A program made the translations under genes and the position numbers. A stretch of DNA of 64,000 nt, taken from contig CAZBWH010000001.1 of assembly GCA_964495595.1 (NCBI GenBank), forward strand, positions 2,950 to 66,949. The letters are read 5' to 3'. The notes beneath the pieces were generated by a model. The model saw nothing but the letters and a program-made list of their open reading frames with translations. It searched no databases and was not told where the DNA came from. The first letter of the stretch is position 1, and each line of letters opens with the position of its first letter. Below, one piece after another: positions 62,209-64,000 of the stretch. The stretch comes from an uncultured Burkholderiales bacterium. Lineage in GTDB: Bacteria > Pseudomonadota > Gammaproteobacteria > Burkholderiales > SCOH01.

Positions 62209-62574
62209 TTACGATGCCTTGAGCGCGGCCGAAACCGCCGCCAGCAGCCGGGCGGCATTGAACGGCTTGACCACAAAGCCTTTGGCACCTTTAGTCATGG
62301 CCCCCCTGACCCGATCCATGGTCGCTTCGCCGCTCATCATCACAATGACCGGATCAGCCACCGCACGAATCATGTCGATCAACGCGATGCCATCACTGTC
62401 GGGCAGATTGATGTCGAGCAGCACCAGCGCAGGCTTGAGCGCGCCGATCTGCTGCAGGGCTGCATCCCCTGACGCACAATCACCCAGCACATCATAGCCG
62501 GCGCTACGCAGCATGGAAGTCACCAGCGAACGGATGATCGAATCGTCGTCCACTACCAGTACGGATGCACTCAT
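62209..62574 (-). CDS. single-domain CheY-like response regulator
   Basis: VLVVDDDSIIR...LLDINLPDSDG...KGAKGFVVKP. 121 aa. Confidence 0.85.
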   Translation of the reverse strand: MSASVLVVDDDSIIRSLVTSMLRSAGYDVLGDCASGDAALQQIGALKPALVLLDINLPDSDGIALIDMIRAVADPVIVMMSGEATMDRVRGAMTKGAKGFVVKPFNAARLLAAVSAALKAS

Positions 62575-62643
62575 GCCTGTTCCCTTCCTGTCCGGGGCCG
62601 TTGTTGCTCTGCATTATTGGCAAAAAACCGCCGCTTTGCCGAC

Positions 62644-62652
62644 TGCTATAAT
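62644..62652 (+). promoter_or_regulatory. extended -10 (TGcTATAAT) upstream of mutL
   Basis: Perfect TATAAT preceded by TGn, 27 nt before the mutL ATG. No good -35 was seen. Confidence 0.35.
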
Positions 62653-62678
62653 CGCGCTTTTCCGTGAAACGCTTGCTG

Positions 62679-64000
62679 ATGCCCGCCATTCACCTGCTGT
62701 CCGACCACCTGATCAACCAGATCGCCGCCGGCGAGGTCGTCGAACGCCCGGCCTCGGCGCTGAAGGAAATCCTGGAAAACAGTCTGGATGCCGGCGCGAC
62801 CGATATCCAGGTTGAGTTGCAGAACGGCGGCAGCAAACTGATCCGCGTCAGTGACAACGGCTGCGGCATCGAACAGGCCGACCTGCCGCTGGCGCTGACC
62901 TGCCACGCCACCAGCAAGATTGCCACGCTGGAAGACCTGCATCAGGTAGCCAGCCTCGGTTTTCGCGGCGAGGGATTGGCCAGCATCGCATCGATTTCGC
63001 GCCTGACGCTAACTAGCCGCCAGGCCAGCAGCGCACACGCCTGGCAGGTGGAAAGCCACAGCAGCCAGCCGGGCGAGATCCAGCCGGCGGCTTTGTCGGG
63101 CGGCACGCGGGTGGAAGTACGCGACCTGTATTTCAACACTCCGGCGCGACGCAAGTTTCTCAAATCCGACGCCACCGAGTTTGCGCATTGCGAGGAGGTG
63201 TTCAAACGTATTGCGCTGGCATTTCCGCAGACCGCTTTCACCCTGATCCACAACGGTCGGCCGCAATACCGCTTGCCCAGCCAGCTACTCGCGCAGCGGG
63301 TTAAAGCGCTGCTCGGCCCGGACTTTGCCGACAGCGCGCTGCCGGTCGAGGACAGCAGCAATGGTCTGCGCTTGTGGGGCGTAGCCGGCTCGCCGACGGT
63401 GTCGAAAGGCAGCCGTGATGCGCAGTTTTTCTACGTCAACGGCCGTTTTGTACGCGACAAACTGGTCAGCCACGCCATCCGCGAAGCCTACCGCGACGTG
63501 CTGCATCACGATCGCCACGCCTGTTTTGCGCTGTTTCTGGATCTGCCGCCGGAGCTGGTCGATGTGAACGTGCATCCGACCAAGATCGAAGTCCGCTTTC
63601 GCGAGCCGCAACCAGTGCATCGTTTCCTGTTTCATTCACTGCACAAGGCACTGGCGCAGACCTCGGCCGGCCACGCCCAAGCCCCGCTGCCCGAACTGCC
63701 CCCCCGCCAGCCGGCGGCGCCAGTGCCCCGCTTCGAACAGACCCGCATGCCGCTGGGTGCGCAACAGCCGGCGGGCAACTTCTACGCTACGCTGTTCGGC
63801 GCCCGCGAGGCCCGGCCGCAGCCGGTCACCGAAATAGCCACCGCCACGACCGAAGCCGCCTACCGCCCCGCACCACAGGCACCGGCCAGCGACACCGACG
63901 CGCCACCACTCGGCTACGCGCTGGCGCAACTGCACGGCATCTACATCCTGGCGCAGAACCGCGACGGACTGATCGTGGTCGACATGCATGCGGCACACGA
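62679..64000 (+). CDS. mutL: DNA mismatch repair protein MutL (3' end beyond the window)
   Basis: MPAIHLLSDHLINQIAAGEVVERPASALKEILENSLDAGA is the canonical GHKL N-terminus. The frame is open to the window end. Absent from the track because no stop is present. Confidence 0.9.
   Translation, partial: MPAIHLLSDHLINQIAAGEVVERPASALKEILENSLDAGATDIQVELQNGGSKLIRVSDNGCGIEQADLPLALTCHATSKIATLEDLHQVASLGFRGEGLASIASISRLTLTSRQASSAHAWQVESHSSQPGEIQPAALSGGTRVEVRDLYFNTPARRKFLKSDATEFAHCEEVFKRIALAFPQTAFTLIHNGRPQYRLPSQLLAQRVKALLGPDFADSALPVEDSSNGLRLWGVAGSPTVSKGSRDAQFFYVNGRFVRDKLVSHAIREAYRDVLHHDRHACFALFLDLPPELVDVNVHPTKIEVRFREPQPVHRFLFHSLHKALAQTSAGHAQAPLPELPPRQPAAPVPRFEQTRMPLGAQQPAGNFYATLFGAREARPQPVTEIATATTEAAYRPAPQAPASDTDAPPLGYALAQLHGIYILAQNRDGLIVVDMHAAH

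Overview
High-GC chromosomal segment with betaproteobacterial (Neisseriales/Chromobacteriaceae-like) housekeeping gene order, judged from synteny only. No rRNA, tRNA or CRISPR was found.

Left to right:
- 1-1738: decayed mobile-element edge. About 900 nt of non-coding, repeat-dense origin-like DNA sits next to a 5'-truncated RepA/AAA_25-type helicase gene.
- 1807-10463: tightly coupled four-gene envelope/c-di-GMP signalling operon. It encodes a TonB-dependent receptor, a YfiR/DUF4154-like protein, a hybrid histidine kinase and a REC-REC-GGDEF-EAL protein.
- 10640-23793: glutaredoxin-DsbD-like membrane protein, phaC plus an MBL hydrolase, trkH-trkA, ntrX-ntrY, DUF4390, rsmB and htpX.
- 24069-36004: 12-kb msbA-LPS/LOS core operon bracketed by two copies of the same inverted-repeat element. 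It carries a C12 tract at the waaL/heptosyltransferase junction.
- 38943-40302: conserved zapB-like/zapA/6S RNA/ygfA block, with an ssrS gene that no ORF track can show.
- 40941-43409: glpK and glpR.
- 44257-49196: five-gene SPFH/SHOCT, double-DUF4178, 47-aa peptide, DUF350 and membrane-anchored spermidine-synthase cluster.
- 49197-50290: AT-richer scar of an island at the 5' end of dusA, with an integrase N-terminal stub, an IS3 orfA tail and an orphan gene.
- 51418-64000: gamma-carbonic anhydrase, secreted lipase, two orphan solute-binding proteins, purB, murI, queG, tsaE, amiC and mutL (3' partial). A CheY-like plus small VapD/Cas2-like pair is inserted between amiC and mutL.

Most other track ORFs are antisense shadows typical of GC-rich DNA. 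All product calls rest on motif and layout recognition by eye; none was checked against a database.
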